DNA from: Candidatus Thermosaccharophagus tengchongensis
GTDB taxonomy: Bacteria; Armatimonadota; Fervidibacteria; Fervidibacterales; Thermosaccharophagaceae
Direction: 5' to 3' (one strand)
DNA: 64,000 nucleotides
Assembly (NCBI GenBank): GCA_032161105.1
Contig: JAVHTD010000014.1
The translations under genes were made by a program, and so were the position numbers. Below are positions 61,577 to 64,000 of this stretch, piece after piece; position 1 is the first letter of the stretch; every line of letters begins with the position of its first letter. The notes beneath the pieces were generated by a model that worked only from the letters and a program-made list of their open reading frames with translations, was not told where the DNA came from and searched no databases.

Positions 61577-62407
61577 TTAACTGCTACCGCGCTTTGCCTC
61601 CATAGTTGTGCGAACTATAGCCGCAAACGAGTCCGGACGAAGGCTTGCCCCGCCAACGAGCGCCCCATCAATCTCGGGTTGCAGCGCAAGTTCCCCGATG
61701 TTCTCCGGCGTGACACTGCCGCCATATTGAATTCTTGTCCTCTCAGCCACTTCGGCACCATAGAGCTCGCCGATGATATTCCTTATCATCCCAATGACTC
61801 TGTTGGCTTCCTGCGCGTCGCATACATTTCCGGTGCCTATAGCCCATACGGGTTCATATGCGAATGTTATGCTCTCAACTTGCTCAGCCGGGATTGAGTT
61901 GAGAGCGCCGAGCACCTGCCTTCGCACGATATCATCGGTCAGCCCATTTTCCCTTTCCGAAAGCGTTTCACCAACGCAAACTATCGGCTTTAACCCGTGC
62001 GATAGAGCGGCAATGATTTTTCGGTTGACAGTTGCGTCGTTGTCTCCAAACAGCTTGAGCAAATCGTCCCCCATCTCCGGGTCTGGGACGCCGAACCTGC
62101 CCCTCCTTTCCGAGTGCCCAATGATGACATATGTGCACCCGACATCCTTGAGCATGATGGGCGAGACTTGCCCAGTGTATGCCCCTTTGTCCTTCCAAAA
62201 CACATCCTGTGCTCCCAACCGTATGTTGGTGCCCTCTATCAATTGCCCAACGCGATGCAGCGCTGTAAATGGTGGGCATACAGCAACTTCAACCTGCTCT
62301 GGGGTGATATCGCTTATTAGCGCCTTAATTCCCTCAACGAGGCTGACCGCCTCTGAGATGGTGCAGTTCATTTTCCAGTTACCCGCAATGAATGGTATCC
62401 TCGCCAT
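61577..62407 (-). CDS. tpiA: Triosephosphate isomerase
   Basis: AGNWKMN, GHSERR, AYEPVWAIGTG, YGGSV, DGALVGGASL. Confidence 0.97.
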   Translation of the reverse strand: MARIPFIAGNWKMNCTISEAVSLVEGIKALISDITPEQVEVAVCPPFTALHRVGQLIEGTNIRLGAQDVFWKDKGAYTGQVSPIMLKDVGCTYVIIGHSERRGRFGVPDPEMGDDLLKLFGDNDATVNRKIIAALSHGLKPIVCVGETLSERENGLTDDIVRRQVLGALNSIPAEQVESITFAYEPVWAIGTGNVCDAQEANRVIGMIRNIIGELYGAEVAERTRIQYGGSVTPENIGELALQPEIDGALVGGASLRPDSFAAIVRTTMEAKRGSS

Positions 62408-62500
62408 AGCTCACCACCTGCCGTTATGTCTCAAGTATCCAATCACCGTTGCCCAATCGGCAGACTGCATCGCATTATAACTCGCCTCGTGCCGAACCAT

Positions 62501-62596
62501 AGGGCTCACCGTGAGGCTTGCCCTCCCAACGATTTGGGTTTGCCCTCTGTTGGGGGATGGGGCTTCTGCCGAACCAAAAGGCTCACGCCGAACCTT
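62501..62596. repeat. Cluster of second-family REP-like palindromes
   Basis: ggctcaccgtgaggcttgccctccc; ggggcttctgccgaacc; ggctcacgccgaacc (shared with 24149-24173). Confidence 0.55.
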
Positions 62597-62606
62597 TCAA
62601 GTTTTC

Positions 62607-63572
62607 TTAGCGCTGCGAGTAGAAGAACATGTAGCGCTCAAGTGATGAGCATATTGCCTCAATGTTCTCAAGGGGCACATCCGGTTCAACCTCGGCATAG
62701 AGCATCAAGCCGCCCTCTGGAGAGCCGAGTTTCATCACCGCCTCTTTGACATGCTCTTCAATGTCCTTTGGGGAGCAGAATGGAAACATCTGCCTATCAA
62801 GGTCAAGGTCAATGCAAACCTTTCCCTTGGCTTCTCTTGCGAGCTCGTCTATGCCGTTTGCGCGCACCTGCGGGTTGAGCACGCTCACCCCGCAATCAAT
62901 CAAGTCCCCGATTATCTCTATGACATGCCCATCGGTGTGAAAGTAAACATGTGCCCCTGCTTCCCTGCAGAGCCTGAATATGCGCTCGTAGCATGGCTTA
63001 AGGTATTTTCGGAAGTGAGTCGGACTGAATGGCAACCTGTCTTGCATTCCGAGGTCATCACCGAAGTGGACGATCTTCGGTTTGTGAGAGAGCATCCTCT
63101 TAACCACAGCGAGGTTGTATGAGAGCACCATCTCAATGAGCTTCCAAAGCTGCGGTGGCTCTTCAACGAAGTCAATCATCAAGTTCTCATAGCCGCGAAG
63201 GTATGTTAGGCGAAGGAACATGAACCCGTGAGGGAGGGAATCTGCAGTCGGCTCTGGCGGACGGTAGCTTTCCAACGCCTCCCAAGTTTCAATTGGGTGG
63301 TGGACGACTATAGCCTCAAGTCCGTCACGAATGTTTCTCCAGACGCATCCCCACTCATCCACATGCTCGCCAACACGATATGTGCCGCCAACTTCGTCAA
63401 AGTTCTTGCTGCCCCTCTTGTATTCCCCGAATATTAGCGGATGGCGTAGCACGATCTCCTCAAGCGCCTCTCTATAGCGCATCCAAGTTGCTGGCATCAA
63501 GCCGACGCGCACGGGTATCCATGCAGGATTGCGGAACTCAATTGCACGGAAATAATTCTCACTTGGGCTCAT
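62607..63572 (-). CDS. Uroporphyrinogen decarboxylase/MtaA-CmuA-like protein
   Basis: DEWGCVW, LRGYENL, GDDLGMQ, FHTDG, LNPQ, DRQ, VPLENI. Confidence 0.8.
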   Translation of the reverse strand: MSPSENYFRAIEFRNPAWIPVRVGLMPATWMRYREALEEIVLRHPLIFGEYKRGSKNFDEVGGTYRVGEHVDEWGCVWRNIRDGLEAIVVHHPIETWEALESYRPPEPTADSLPHGFMFLRLTYLRGYENLMIDFVEEPPQLWKLIEMVLSYNLAVVKRMLSHKPKIVHFGDDLGMQDRLPFSPTHFRKYLKPCYERIFRLCREAGAHVYFHTDGHVIEIIGDLIDCGVSVLNPQVRANGIDELAREAKGKVCIDLDLDRQMFPFCSPKDIEEHVKEAVMKLGSPEGGLMLYAEVEPDVPLENIEAICSSLERYMFFYSQR

Positions 63573-63746
63573 GAGACCATCACCACAACGCCCGTCTGAT
63601 TTTTCGCAGTGCCAGAATTAATTCCCTAAGTGACATCGCAATGGCATCCCTTCGCCCCCCTTCGGAAGCTTAACAGCCACCGATGCACTCACCTGTGCGC
63701 CACCTGAGGTTATAAGAGTGAGCAATCAACGGCAATTGCCTTTCCA

Positions 63747-64000
63747 TCAGACGCTTCCACGAGGCATGTTTTGTCGGACGAACATCATGTCTTGGACTGG
63801 CTCGCCATCGCATTCAAGTTCAAGGACGGTTACGGGCTGCTCAGGTGGCTCCTCAGGCAAGCCCGTAAAGCGGACGCGAAACTCATCTTGCTCAAACTTC
63901 ACTTCCTCCCCAGTGGCTCTCAATTTCGCAGAGAGCACCTTCGTTCTCAACCCACCTATAGCCCACTCAGAACCAGCCCAAAAGTGGACATGCACAAACA
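63747..64000 (-). CDS. C-terminal beta-sandwich of a probable alpha-L-fucosidase (GH29), 5'-truncated
   Basis: HFWAG...KVLSAKL...VKFEQ...TGLPEEPP...VTVLELE, recalled as a GH29 C-terminal pattern; the frame runs off the window end. Confidence 0.55.
   Translation of the reverse strand, partial: FVHVHFWAGSEWAIGGLRTKVLSAKLRATGEEVKFEQDEFRVRFTGLPEEPPEQPVTVLELECDGEPVQDMMFVRQNMPRGSV

Overview
Gene-dense bacterial chromosomal segment, probably from an Armatimonadota-like lineage. This is an inference from two prepilin/DUF1559/H-X9-DG genes, HEAT-repeat proteins, URO-D-like paralogs and a TPI insertion. The core genes are sbcD/sbcC, an ilvB-ilvN-ilvC-leuA-leuC operon, a thrC-like gene, mtnP, glyA, E1 alpha/beta, tpiA and a tadA-tadB-tadC module. 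Signalling genes are a CHASE2 cyclase, a REC-HD-GYP protein, a GAF histidine kinase and an FHA plus Ser/Thr kinase pair. The surface/accessory genes include a 5'-truncated giant IPT/TIG-repeat protein of at least 1,800 aa. The most striking accessory element is a predicted exported 14-repeat WD40 protein built from near-identical 126-bp units that vary mainly at a few binding-face codons. It is flanked by an unannotated, frameshifted IS701 transposase scar and a GTAG-type REP cluster whose last GTAG supplies the leuC stop codon. Other notable items are a TadA with a duplicated N-terminal domain, a Leu/Val-rich candidate ilv leader peptide with a hairpin, a structured leader upstream of a DUF1559 gene, an orphan restriction-endonuclease-like protein, and several enzymes with substituted catalytic residues. 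I recognised no rRNA, tRNA, CRISPR array or intact mobile element. All assignments come from reading motifs by eye; no searches were run.
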